Assembly (NCBI GenBank): GCA_944383345.1
Contig: CALWPE010000092.1
Span: 1 to 35,830 of the forward strand
Length of the DNA stretch: 35,830 bases
DNA from: an uncultured Clostridia bacterium
Lineage (GTDB): Bacteria; Bacillota; Clostridia; Christensenellales; UBA1242
Reading direction: 5' to 3'
Part shown: piece after piece, positions 1 through 9,500 of the stretch
Layout: the number at the start of each line of letters is the position of its first letter
Position numbering within the stretch: the stretch's first letter is position 1
Made by a program: the position numbers and the translations under genes
The notes under the pieces: generated by a model
What the model was told of the DNA's origin: nothing
The model's database searches: none
What the model saw: the letters and a program-made list of their open reading frames with translations, nothing else

Positions 1-1226
1 CCATATATAAAACAATGATATGAACGAATTTTTGATGTATTTAAAACACTTTCTGCATATTCTCGTGCATTAGGTACATTTTGTGCTATTAAACTTGTAG
101 TAAATGCAGATAAAAGTGCAGGATAAGGGACAACAGTTGAATTGTGTTTTATTTTGTTGCATAAATTTTTGACAAATCTATATTCAACTATGTCTTGGGA
201 AAAAGGAATTGTTTGTAAATATTTTTTTAAGTTTGGTTCTTTACCTAGTAAATAATTTTTGTATTCTTCTCGCTTTGCATCAATATCTAAAACATGTTGA
301 AATTTTAAAACATCAAGAGTTACATTATTTTGATAACTATATATACACATAGAGTTATCATCTTCGAGAAAATACTGAAAACTATTGTTTGTTGATGGTG
401 TGAAAGAATAGTTTTTATAAAATTTTAAGTCATTTATTGGAATAAGGCAATAGTTTAGGGTGATTGGTCCATCTGTCTCTTTTGAACTATCCCATGTGCA
501 GTCACTAACATACATTCCATTTATAGAATATTTATCATCTTTTATCGCAACTATATTTATAGAATGTGCACCAAGTCTTTTATCTTTGTTATCAAATATA
601 GTCACACCACAAGAAAAACAGTGTAAGTTTTCATCATTAAGACCATTTATTATTTCGTTTAGCATTGTTGAATAATTTCTACAAACTATATGTCCGTTAT
701 TTTGAAGGCTAAAAAGTGAGTGCGTCATTATTGGACTTTTTAATGTTTTGTCATCACTATATACATTTTCTGCAATTTTTTTGTAGGCATATAAAAGTTT
801 TTCAAGACTGGATAGGTTTTTTGATGAAATTTCTTCTATTATGTTATTTAAGTATTGATAAGTTTTTTCAACTTCTTCAACTTCCCACAGTACTTCATAC
901 TCTTTAAAATATAGTTTTGTGTTTTGCGTTTTTAAAATTTTATTGAACTTCTTTAAGTTTTCAAATTCGCTTCGAGAAAATAAATTGTCTTTTAAATTTA
1001 CAAAAAAAGTTATGTCAGATATATCATTTTTGCATCTAAACATATCTCTCAGCACAACAAAAAAATCTGCAAAGTTATCATAGTTATCAAGGTCAAGAGA
1101 AACACAAATTTTTTTGTTTTTCAATTTTTTATTTTTATAGAGAAAATAAAAATTATCAAGTTTCCATGACTTGATAAAAATATCATATCTTTCACTATTT
1201 TTTATTAAATCAGAAATTAAAAGCAT
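1..1226 (-). CDS. Hypothetical cytoplasmic protein with a transglutaminase-like Cys-His-Asp core. The N-terminus is complete (ATG at 1226) and the C-terminus lies beyond the window start.
   Basis: Absent from the ORF track because it runs off the edge. My hand translation of the minus strand from ATG 1224-1226 stays open for 408 codons down to position 1 (MLLISDLIKNSERYDIF...). It contains GHIVCRNYSTML ... GAHSINIVAI ... GMYVSDCTWD, which matches the order and spacing of the transglutaminase-like cysteine-protease fold. A G-rich SD-like run (GGGGG) sits 3 nt upstream. There is no signal peptide. Confidence 0.6.
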   Translation of the reverse strand, partial: MLLISDLIKNSERYDIFIKSWKLDNFYFLYKNKKLKNKKICVSLDLDNYDNFADFFVVLRDMFRCKNDISDITFFVNLKDNLFSRSEFENLKKFNKILKTQNTKLYFKEYEVLWEVEEVEKTYQYLNNIIEEISSKNLSSLEKLLYAYKKIAENVYSDDKTLKSPIMTHSLFSLQNNGHIVCRNYSTMLNEIINGLNDENLHCFSCGVTIFDNKDKRLGAHSINIVAIKDDKYSINGMYVSDCTWDSSKETDGPITLNYCLIPINDLKFYKNYSFTPSTNNSFQYFLEDDNSMCIYSYQNNVTLDVLKFQHVLDIDAKREEYKNYLLGKEPNLKKYLQTIPFSQDIVEYRFVKNLCNKIKHNSTVVPYPALLSAFTTSLIAQNVPNAREYAESVLNTSKIRSYHCFIY

Positions 1227-1238
1227 AAACCCCCATTT

Positions 1239-1313
1239 TGGCAGGTGGGACAGGACTCGAACCTGCAACAGACGGTTTTGGAGACCGTTACTCTACCATT
1301 GAACTACCCACCT
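1239..1313 (-). tRNA. trnW: tRNA-Trp (anticodon CCA), with genomically encoded 3' CCA
   Basis: The minus-strand sequence AGGTGGGTAGTTCAATGGTAGAGTAACGGTCTCCAAAACCGTCTGTTGCAGGTTCGAGTCCTGTCCCACCTGCCA folds as a cloverleaf. Acceptor stem is AGGTGGG/CCCACCT, anticodon stem ACGGT/ACCGT, loop CTCCAAA, T-loop TTCGAGT. Confidence 0.95.
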
Positions 1314-1324
1314 ATAACCAAACA

Positions 1325-1353
1325 ATGTTAGCAAAATAAATAATTTTTGTCAA
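1325..1353 (-). promoter_or_regulatory. Sigma-A-type promoter for tRNA-Trp and, with no terminator in between, the downstream CDS
   Basis: Minus strand reads TTGACA (1353-1348), a 17 nt spacer, then TGc-TAACAT (-10 at 1330-1325). It ends about 12 nt before the mature tRNA 5' end. Confidence 0.6.
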
Positions 1354-1358
1354 CATTT

Positions 1359-2900
1359 TTACAAGATTACAATGTTAAAAGTATAGAATATTTTGTTTTC
1401 TGTATCATCTTTTTGGGTGAGAGTTACCTCTAAGTTACCTTTACTTTCTACAACAAGTGAAACACTATTTGAATTTGTTGAAATGCTATAATTTAAAGTT
1501 GTGCTAATAGTTACTTTTGTTGATATTTCTTCTTGATAGTTGCCTTTTATAACAAAATCGAATTGAATATTTACAGGTAAGGAGTTTGAATACATTGTCA
1601 ATGTATTATCTTCAAAACTAGCATTGTACATATTCATAAAACTTTCGCTAAAAATAATGTCGTAATAATATGGGCTCGGGGATTCTTGCGAATAAGCCAA
1701 CACTTGTACATTGATGTCTATATTCTTTTTGGATATTGTATCTAGTATTGTTACGATATAATTTCCTTCGTTTATTGAAGATATTGTATTATTGTCAACA
1801 TCTAAGCCGTTTGATGTTATTTCAAAATCACAAATTGCATAGATAGGGGAGAAAGTATATTCAATATCAAAGGTTTCATTTGTGTAAATAGAAACGCTAG
1901 TTTGTTTAGGTAAAATATTTTCTACAAGTACATTATTCACTTCAACAGGTATTGTCATAATGTAAGAAGAACCATCAAGAGCCGAGATTTCAAGTAATGT
2001 TGTTCCTTCACTTTTTGCATAAATTTTATTAGAGTCTATGTATGCGACATTTTCATCTAAGATATTAACTTCATACAATGGCAATGAATTTTTATCGGTA
2101 GAGATTTCATATGTTGCGAAGTTGAAGAAATTGTCGTTGTTTGCTTGCTCTAAAAAGTTTTCGTTAAAAAGTGAAAGAGTTAAAACATTATTTTTGTAAC
2201 TATTTGAAAAGTTTACATTAAAATTGTCTATATATTTATAGGTGTTATATGTGAAAGTTTTGCTAAAATTCCTATAACAAAATTCAAATACCGATTGGGC
2301 AGTACTATCAACATGAAAAGAAAATTTAATTTTTCTTTCATTGTCTGTGTCTATATTTGTTAATTGCAAAATATTTTCACTTGTTTTCAATGAAAAATCA
2401 TCGTAAACAGGACTATCTAAATCAAACTCTATTACATAGTCTTCATTAGCAAAAAGTTTGTCCACTATTTTTGTATCTTTATAAATAGTTGCGTTTACTT
2501 GTGTTATTGTGTCAACAACATTAACAACAAACGAATCATAATACGATGAAGCATCTGTCGTTACAATTACCGTTACATCAAATTGTCCAACTTTGTTTGC
2601 ATAAATTTTTTGATTGGTTATAGTCATTGCATTTGTGTCGCAAACAAAACTTAGAGTGTAACTACTATTTGACGATATATCTATATCAAGAGAATAAATT
2701 TCATCAATAAACATAGTTACATCTTCACAAGATATAACTACGCTATCTACATTTTGGTCTGGGTTCTGTAAATCTGCTGGATTCTGCGAATCAACGTCGT
2801 CTTTTGAATTTGGGATTTTTATTTCACCTATAAATATTGCTCCCAACCCAACTAGTACACATATAAAAATTACAGAAAAAATTGTAAAATACTTTTTCAT
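1359..2900 (-). CDS. Membrane-anchored or secreted surface protein with several bacterial Ig-like (Big_2-like) beta-domains
   Basis: Track ORF is 1359..2936, but its start is a TTG lying upstream of the predicted promoter. ATG 2900 gives MKKYFTIFSVIFICVLVGLGAIFIG, a basic n-region followed by a TM helix. Repeated segments of the type ...ITNQKIYANKVGQFDVTVIV..., ...KIYAKSEGTTLLEISALDGSS..., ...NTISSINEGNYIVTILD... resemble Ig-like group 2 strands. The protein is N/S/T/D-rich and looks extracellular. Confidence 0.6.
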   Translation of the reverse strand: MKKYFTIFSVIFICVLVGLGAIFIGEIKIPNSKDDVDSQNPADLQNPDQNVDSVVISCEDVTMFIDEIYSLDIDISSNSSYTLSFVCDTNAMTITNQKIYANKVGQFDVTVIVTTDASSYYDSFVVNVVDTITQVNATIYKDTKIVDKLFANEDYVIEFDLDSPVYDDFSLKTSENILQLTNIDTDNERKIKFSFHVDSTAQSVFEFCYRNFSKTFTYNTYKYIDNFNVNFSNSYKNNVLTLSLFNENFLEQANNDNFFNFATYEISTDKNSLPLYEVNILDENVAYIDSNKIYAKSEGTTLLEISALDGSSYIMTIPVEVNNVLVENILPKQTSVSIYTNETFDIEYTFSPIYAICDFEITSNGLDVDNNTISSINEGNYIVTILDTISKKNIDINVQVLAYSQESPSPYYYDIIFSESFMNMYNASFEDNTLTMYSNSLPVNIQFDFVIKGNYQEEISTKVTISTTLNYSISTNSNSVSLVVESKGNLEVTLTQKDDTENKIFYTFNIVIL

Positions 2901-2915
2901 TTTTTTTGCTAAACA

Positions 2916-2943
2916 ATTATACAAAAATTTCGACAAATATCAA
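2916..2943 (-). promoter_or_regulatory. Promoter for the 1359..2900 gene, with a perfect Spo0A-box-like decamer in the spacer
   Basis: Minus strand reads TTGATA (2943-2938), a 16 nt spacer, then TATAAT (2921-2916). The spacer contains TTTGTCGAAA (plus-strand coordinates 2928-2937). The predicted leader to ATG 2900 is very short and has no SD. Confidence 0.5.
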
Positions 2944-2989
2944 AACGAATTGACAAATATAACAAATAAAATGTTTTAAAAATTTGGTA

Positions 2990-3018
2990 TTGCAAAAAAT
3001 AGATGTTTATGCTATACT
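2990..3018 (+). promoter_or_regulatory. Promoter for the 3037..4670 two-gene unit
   Basis: TTGCAA (2990-2995), a 17 nt spacer ending in TGc, then TATACT (3013-3018). The SD GAGAGGTG follows just before ATG 3037. Confidence 0.6.
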
Positions 3019-3036
3019 CAGTGCGAGAGGTGAAAA

Positions 3037-4056
3037 ATGGCAAAAGGAAAGGTAGCCGGTGCAATTATCGGTGGATTAGTTGGAATTGGCTTAATAGCAG
3101 GTGTTGTTTTTGCAGTTTCAAACATGGGAGGTGGTCAAAATGTTCCACCACCACCACAACCACAGACACAACTTGCAATGGTACAAAATATAGAATATGA
3201 TTACAAAGATGGTCTTTTGACTTGGGATGAAGTAGAACATGCAGATTCATACAATGTCAAGGTTGACAATGGTGAAGAACAAAAGGTTAATAGTACATAT
3301 TATACCTTTAATCTTGAAAACGATGTCACATATTTTCAAATTCAAGCATGTGATACAACAGGAAATTACAAGGCATCAGAGTGGACAGAGCCTTATGCTG
3401 TAACAAAAATTAAAGAAGAAGAAAGTCTTGTTGACGCAGTAAACAATTTTGCAAGAAGTATTGCAATAAAAGGCAATGAACTTGACAAGATTATAAGTGT
3501 AATGCCAGAAGGAAACTATCTTGTTACAACTGGAGTATATGAATACGACGGAGAAAAGTATCTTTTAACAGATTATACTGATTGTGGGAAACCTGTGGAA
3601 AGTCTTAAAGAAGCATTAAAGACAGAAGATGCTTATAATAAGACTGAAACTAGAGCAGAAGAAATTGCAAAAGATTATGATACAGAAGCATCATTTATGG
3701 CAAGAGAAAATGGATATAGCGAAAGCATCCAAAGACTAGTTGATGAAAATAAAGATGTTAAGTTTGTAACCAGCCAAGCGTATGAAGTAAGTGAAACAGG
3801 TGTTGGGCTTAGAGGAATAGTTAAGGCAACAGATGGCGTTGAAGAAAAGTTTTATTTAACAGATATAGAAATTTATGCTGGATCAATAAATAACGAAGAA
3901 GTAAAATACACCACAGCAGTTGAACAAGCCGATGCAGAAAGTTTGTATGAAAATTATTTCACTGAGATAACAGGTGACTTTGCAGACTATGCAAAACAGT
4001 TAGATGAACTTCAAAATCAGGCACAATCAACAACAGATTATGGGATGTCATTTTAA
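3037..4056 (+). CDS. N-terminally membrane-anchored extracellular protein: Gly-rich TM helix, Pro/Gln linker, FN3-like domain, then an acidic C-terminal domain
   Basis: MAKGKVAGAIIGGLVGIGLIAGVVFAVSN is followed by PPPPQPQTQ. Next comes a ~90-aa segment (LLTWDEVEHADSYNVKVDNGEEQKVNSTYYTF...IQACDTTGNYKASEWTEPYAV) with the W...Y.V......Y pattern of fibronectin type III domains. The SD is strong. Confidence 0.6.
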   Translation: MAKGKVAGAIIGGLVGIGLIAGVVFAVSNMGGGQNVPPPPQPQTQLAMVQNIEYDYKDGLLTWDEVEHADSYNVKVDNGEEQKVNSTYYTFNLENDVTYFQIQACDTTGNYKASEWTEPYAVTKIKEEESLVDAVNNFARSIAIKGNELDKIISVMPEGNYLVTTGVYEYDGEKYLLTDYTDCGKPVESLKEALKTEDAYNKTETRAEEIAKDYDTEASFMARENGYSESIQRLVDENKDVKFVTSQAYEVSETGVGLRGIVKATDGVEEKFYLTDIEIYAGSINNEEVKYTTAVEQADAESLYENYFTEITGDFADYAKQLDELQNQAQSTTDYGMSF

Positions 4057-4670
4057 TGAATAAATGCTTTTTATTAACCAAAAAAAATGCAGTGGATATC
4101 TATTCTTTAAAAGAGATTGCACAAAACTATAATATAGAAATTATTCCAGTAGTTAGTGAAATATCAATGCTTAAGGCAAGTTATTACGAAAAGTGTCCTA
4201 TACTTGTTGATGATGAAAAATGTTACAACGAGATGTTAAATACACTTAGTTTAGGTTTTTGTAAAGATGTATATCTATTAAAAGAAGGTAATGTATACAA
4301 AGACCAAAAAGTAATGTCTTTAAAACAGTTTTTTGAAAGTGATATTTTTGACCGACTTAAAAAGAGATATTCTAGAAGCGAGTGCAAAAAAATCGTAGAA
4401 GAATATTTTTGTAATAAAGTTGAAAATGATTGGAAATTGACATACATAGTTGATGTAGTCATAGAGATGTACTATCTTGAAAAACAATCACCAGACGAAA
4501 AACTTTTGGAATATATATTAAAAAAAGACAGATTTATTAAAGACGATTTTGATTCTGTAAAAGAAACAATTGAGAAAGTGTTAGAAAATAAGATAGATAA
4601 AAATAACCTTAATAATCAAACTTTAAATCAGTTGTTTACATTACTATATAAAGATATCTTTAATTGTTAA
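4056..4670 (+). CDS. Hypothetical cytoplasmic protein (204 aa), translationally coupled to the upstream gene
   Basis: Its ATG shares one base with the upstream TAA (TAATG at 4054-4058). It has no TM segment or signal peptide, and I recognise no motifs. It is followed directly by a terminator. Confidence 0.55.
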   Translation: MNKCFLLTKKNAVDIYSLKEIAQNYNIEIIPVVSEISMLKASYYEKCPILVDDEKCYNEMLNTLSLGFCKDVYLLKEGNVYKDQKVMSLKQFFESDIFDRLKKRYSRSECKKIVEEYFCNKVENDWKLTYIVDVVIEMYYLEKQSPDEKLLEYILKKDRFIKDDFDSVKETIEKVLENKIDKNNLNNQTLNQLFTLLYKDIFNC

Positions 4671-4699
4671 GACTTTGAAAATTTCAAAGTCTTTTTTTT
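4671..4699 (+). terminator. Rho-independent terminator
   Basis: Stem GACTTTG (4671-4677) pairs with CAAAGTC (4685-4691), followed by a run of 8 T. Confidence 0.85.
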
Positions 4700-4779
4700 A
4701 CAATAAAGTCACAATAAAATTATTGACTTTATATGTTGTTTGGGTAATACTACTATTATTAGGTTAAGGAAGGAACAAT

Positions 4780-5553
4780 ATGGTAATTTTGGGAGACTAT
4801 CATACACATACAATTTACTCTGGTGGGTTTTTTAATGTAAAACACGCAACAGGGACTATTCTTGAAAATGCTATGACGGCGAAAGAGAAAGGACTTAAAC
4901 AAATTGCAATAACAGAGCATGGTTTTTCTCACAAACTTTATGGAGTTAAAAGAAAAAATATTGACAAAATGCGCAAGGAGATTGAAGAAGCCAAACTAAA
5001 GACCGGTGTTGATATCTTGCTTGGAATAGAAGCAAATTTTATTTCAAGTGACGGAGATGTTGATTTAAAAGATGAAGATATAAAAAAATTAGACTTTATA
5101 ATTGTTGGGTTTCATACTTTTGCAAAGGCTAAAAACATTGTTGAGTTTTTCAAATTTAGGTTACCAAACATGCTACATTTTCATCGCAAAAAAGACATCA
5201 AAAGAAACACTTTGGCTGTGATGAAAGCAATGGACAAATACCCTATAGATTTGATTTCGCACCCTGGTTCACGCATGCCGATAGACTTTGAAGCAGTAGG
5301 AAAACATGCAGTAAAGACAAATACTCACCTTGAACTTAATGGCAGACGAATATGTTACAAAAAAGAAGATATTAAAAAACTTGTGGACATGGGAGTTAAA
5401 TTTTTGGCAGATTATGATGTACATAGTGCAAAAAATGTTGGCGAAGTAAACAAGGGCATAAACTTTGCTATAAAATACAACATTCCACAAAGTCAAATTA
5501 TGAATTTAGAGAAATTTCCACAATTTAAAAATTATAAAAAGGAAGAAAATTGA
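4780..5553 (+). CDS. PHP-domain metal-dependent phosphoesterase
   Basis: The N-terminus GDYHTHTIYSGG and the ITEHG, GFH and SHPG motifs are typical His clusters of the PHP (polymerase/histidinol phosphatase) fold. SD is AAGGAAGGA. Confidence 0.7.
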   Translation: MVILGDYHTHTIYSGGFFNVKHATGTILENAMTAKEKGLKQIAITEHGFSHKLYGVKRKNIDKMRKEIEEAKLKTGVDILLGIEANFISSDGDVDLKDEDIKKLDFIIVGFHTFAKAKNIVEFFKFRLPNMLHFHRKKDIKRNTLAVMKAMDKYPIDLISHPGSRMPIDFEAVGKHAVKTNTHLELNGRRICYKKEDIKKLVDMGVKFLADYDVHSAKNVGEVNKGINFAIKYNIPQSQIMNLEKFPQFKNYKKEEN

Positions 5554-6503
5554 GTTTTTCAAGAGATATTAAAAAAGAGATATTATCAGCAAGCCTAGAC
5601 GATTCGCAAAGTCTAGCCTTTTTGAGTGGACTTTTAAATAGTTCTGCTGAGATTTTTTTAGATGGCAATGTATCGCTAATTATCTCAACTGAGATATACG
5701 AACTGACAGAAAAAGTAAATGCACTACTAAACAAATTTTATGGTAAAAGTGCTAACATTCAAACAATTCCTGCACATCAAATAAAAAAAGAAAATTATTA
5801 CAAAATGGAAATTGATGGAGATATGGCATTTAATTTACTTATGGACACAGGGTGTATAACAACACAAAATGCTAATTTATCTAGGAATTTTAATGTAGAT
5901 GAATATTTAATAAAAGAGCCCAAAGATTTAAAGTGTTTTGTATGTGGTGCTTTTGTTGGGTGTGGAACATCGAGCATAAAGATTGACAGTAAAACAAGAC
6001 TATCAACAGGTTATCATCTTGAATTTGCGTCAAAAAACTATGCTTTTTTAAGTGGAATAGGGCATATTTTGGCACAATTTGATGTTTCAGCGAAATTGGT
6101 AAAGAGAAAAAACTTAAATATTTTATATATAAAAGATGCCGAACAAGTTAGCAATACGCTAGCACTTATGGGAGCAAACAATGCCGTTTTGTCACTACAA
6201 AACGAAATGGCAACAAGGCAATTAAGAAATAAAGTAAATAGGCAAACAAATTGCCTAAGTGCGAATATAGAAAAAACTGTAAGTGCAAGTATGAAACAAA
6301 ATGATGCGATAGAACTTATAGTGCAAAAAATAGGGCTTGAGAGTTTACCAACAGACTTGCAAAATGTTGCACTTTTAAGAATGGCGAATCCAGAAGAGAG
6401 TTTGGAAGAGTTATCTAAACTTGCAACATTTAAGGTGACAAAAAGTGCACTTAATTATAGATTAAACAAATTGATAAAGATTGCAGACAAATTAAAGGAG
6501 TAA
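5550..6503 (+). CDS. whiA: DNA-binding protein WhiA
   Basis: Starts MSFSRDIKKEIL and has a LAGLIDADG-like middle region. The C-terminal HTH reads LLRMANPEESLEELSKL...TKSALNYRLNKLIKIA. Its TTG start overlaps the upstream TGA (TTGA at 5550-5553). Confidence 0.9.
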   Translation: MSFSRDIKKEILSASLDDSQSLAFLSGLLNSSAEIFLDGNVSLIISTEIYELTEKVNALLNKFYGKSANIQTIPAHQIKKENYYKMEIDGDMAFNLLMDTGCITTQNANLSRNFNVDEYLIKEPKDLKCFVCGAFVGCGTSSIKIDSKTRLSTGYHLEFASKNYAFLSGIGHILAQFDVSAKLVKRKNLNILYIKDAEQVSNTLALMGANNAVLSLQNEMATRQLRNKVNRQTNCLSANIEKTVSASMKQNDAIELIVQKIGLESLPTDLQNVALLRMANPEESLEELSKLATFKVTKSALNYRLNKLIKIADKLKE

Positions 6504-9500
6504 TGATGGAACAGTTTGTACATTTGCATAACCATACCGAATTTAGTTTACTTGATGGTGCTGCTAAAATAACAGACCTTGTAAAAATAACAAAAGAAAG
6601 GGGCTGGAAAGCAGTTGCAATAACAGACCATGGAAATATGTATGGAGCATTGCAGTTCTACACTGCGTGTCTAGGAGCAGGAATAAAGCCAATAATAGGC
6701 TGTGAATTTTATGTTGTTGACGACTACAAAAACAAGCATGGAAAACAAAATTTTGACCACTTGATTTTGATTGCAAAAAACAATGCAGGCTACAAAAACT
6801 TATTGAAATTAAACACCATCGCATTTATGGAAGGGTTTTATTACAAACCAAGGATAGATTATGAACTATTATCTAAGCATAGTGAAGGCTTGATTTGTCT
6901 TAGTGCGTGCTTAGCAGGAAGAATACCAAAATTGATACTTGAGCATAGACCTTTAGATGCTGAAAAATTTGCTATAAAACTAAATAACATGTTTGAAAAA
7001 GGCGACTTTTATCTTGAGATACAAAACCATGGTATTCCAGAAGAAGATGAAGTTAGGCGTGAACTTATAAAACTAAGTAAAAAACTAAATATAAAACTTG
7101 TTGCAACAAACGATTGTCACTACATCGAAAAAGAAGATGCAGGGATGCAAGATGTTTTAATGTGTGTACAGATGGGTAAGACCTTAGATGACCCTGATAG
7201 ATTCAAATTTTCTACTCAAGAATTCTATTATAAGACCTATGACGAGATGAAACAGTTGTTTATAGGTCAAGAAGAAGCACTTTTAAACACTCTTGAGATT
7301 GCCGACAAGTGTGATGTTGTGATTCGTAGAAAAACACATACAGAAATGGGGCTTGATGAAAGGTACTGCTTGCCAGCAAACGAGAACTTTATTCCAAAGT
7401 ATGTTCCTGAAAATGGTATGACAACTTTTGAATATATGAAGTATTTGACATATAGAGACCTTGACAAAAAATATCCAAATGCTTCAAAAGAAGTTTTGGA
7501 CAGAATTGAATACGAACTAACTACAATTCACGACCAAGGGTTTGTTGAATACTTCTTGGTTGTTTGGGACTACATAAACTGGGCAAAAAGCAATAAAATA
7601 GCAGTTGGCCCCGGCCGTGGTAGTGGTGCAGGAAGTGTTGTCGCCTATCTTATGGGGATTACAGATGTTGAGCCACTTAGGTACTCACTCTTTTTTGAAA
7701 GGTTTATAAACAAAGAGCGTGTTTCTATGCCGGACTTTGATGTTGACTTCGACAGTGTAAGAAGGGGCGAAGTAATTGAATATGTTAAACGCAAATACAA
7801 CCCTGAGAATGTTTCAAACATCATAACTTTTGGAAAAATGCAGGCAAAAAATGCGATAAAAGATGTTGGTCGTGTACTTAGAATACCTTATAGTGAAACA
7901 GACAAAATAACAAAACTCATACCAAGCCGTTTGCCAGAGGGAATTAAAAAACCACCTGTTCTTGCATATTATTTTGGAAAAACAGGCAAACCTGAAAACG
8001 ACAAATACATAATGCAAGAATTAAAAGATATATACGATAGCGACAGCGACTTAAAACGAGTTATTGATATAGCGATTAAACTTGAAGGCTTCCCACGAAA
8101 CACATCAATGCACGCCTGTGGAGTTTTGATTGCGCCAGAGCCTGTTGACGAGTTTGTTCCTGAAGCAAGAAACGGTGAAGATGTTACAACTCAGTACGAT
8201 ATGATAGAACTTGAATCTCTTGGACTACTAAAAATGGACTTTTTAGGCCTTGTAAACTTAGTGGATATTGACCTTACAAAAAAATACATAAAAGAGATTC
8301 ATGGTGTTGATATAGACTTCCACAAAATTGGTTACGATGACAAAAAAGTTTATGACCTTATAGGAACAGGAAATACAGTTGGTATATTCCAACTTGAAAG
8401 TGCAGGCTTTCAAAACTTTATGCGAGAGTTAAAACCGGACGGACTTGAAGACATCATAGCAGGTGTGTCGCTATATAGACCGGGACCTATGGACTATATT
8501 CCAACATATGTAAGAAACAAATTTCACCCAGAAGAAGTTGTTTACCCACATGAATGTATTAAAGATGTTTTAAAAGTTACAAACGGAGTTATTGTTTACC
8601 AAGAGCAAGTCATGCAAATATTTCAAATAATGGGTGGATATAGTCTAGGTCAAGCAGACAATGTTCGCAGAATTATGGGAAAGAAAAAAGTCGAAAAAAT
8701 GGCTTATGAGCGTGAGAAATTTATAAATGGTTGGGAGGACCCAACAGGCAAGCACTCCATTTTGGGAGCAGTTAAACTTGGCATACCAAAAGAGACAGCA
8801 GAAAAAGTTTTTGCAGATATGGAAAGTTTCGCACACTATGCGTTTAACAAGTCGCACGCAACTGCGTATGCGATGATAACTTATCAAACGGCATACTTAA
8901 AATGCTATTATGAAGTTGAATTTTTAACAGCCATCATAAATAACAGAATAACAAAGGCAGACGAGATAAAAACCTATGTAACCTATGCAAGAAGTGAAGG
9001 TATTGAAGTTTTGCCACCAAACATAAACAAAAGTGAAACATATTTTTCTGTTGAAGGCAAAAACATAAGATATGGTCTTAGTGGTCTTAAAGGTGTTGGA
9101 GTAAGTGCCATAAGCACAATATTAAAAGAGAGAGAAAACGGAGAATTTAAAGACATTTACGACTTTATTTCAAGAATAATGCATGTTCAAGCATCACTTA
9201 TAAACAAAAAGAGTATGGAAAGTTTAATCTTTAGTGGAGCATTAGATTGTTTTGGACTATATAGGTCACAACTAAATGTAATGTATGAATCTATAATTGA
9301 AAAAGTCAGCAAAGATATGGAAAGACAAAAGACAGGGCAATTCTCTTTGTTTGAAAACTTTGAGCAAAATCTTGGAAAAGTTGACGAAGTAAAAGTTCCT
9401 AAAATAAAAGAGTTTACAGAAGAAGCCAAACTAAAATTTGAAAAATCAATTTTGGGTGTTTATATGTCTGGGCACCCTTTGCAAAAATTCCAAGATAAGT

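Noticed and set aside
460-907. Track ORFs 460..675 and 716..907 on the plus strand (71 and 63 aa)
   Set aside because: They lie antisense within a 408-codon open minus-strand frame (1..1226) that has an ATG, an SD-like run and recognisable motifs. They have low-complexity Phe/Leu/Ser composition, typical of the antisense strand of AT-rich coding sequence.
2901-2936. Upstream alternative-start (TTG/GTG) N-terminal extensions used by the track at 2936, 17394, 19583, 22771, 22825, 25587, 25910 and 29761
   Set aside because: In each case a downstream ATG has a better SD or yields a canonical N-terminus (a signal peptide, the rpsT MPNIKSAIKR, a lipoprotein signal). Several of the extensions run through the predicted promoter or the SD itself.
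3003-3250. ORFs 3003..3200 (+) and 3065..3250 (-)
   Set aside because: They overlap the well-supported 3037..4056 gene in other frames. One contains a Thr-run artefact of the CCACCACCAC Pro-linker sequence.
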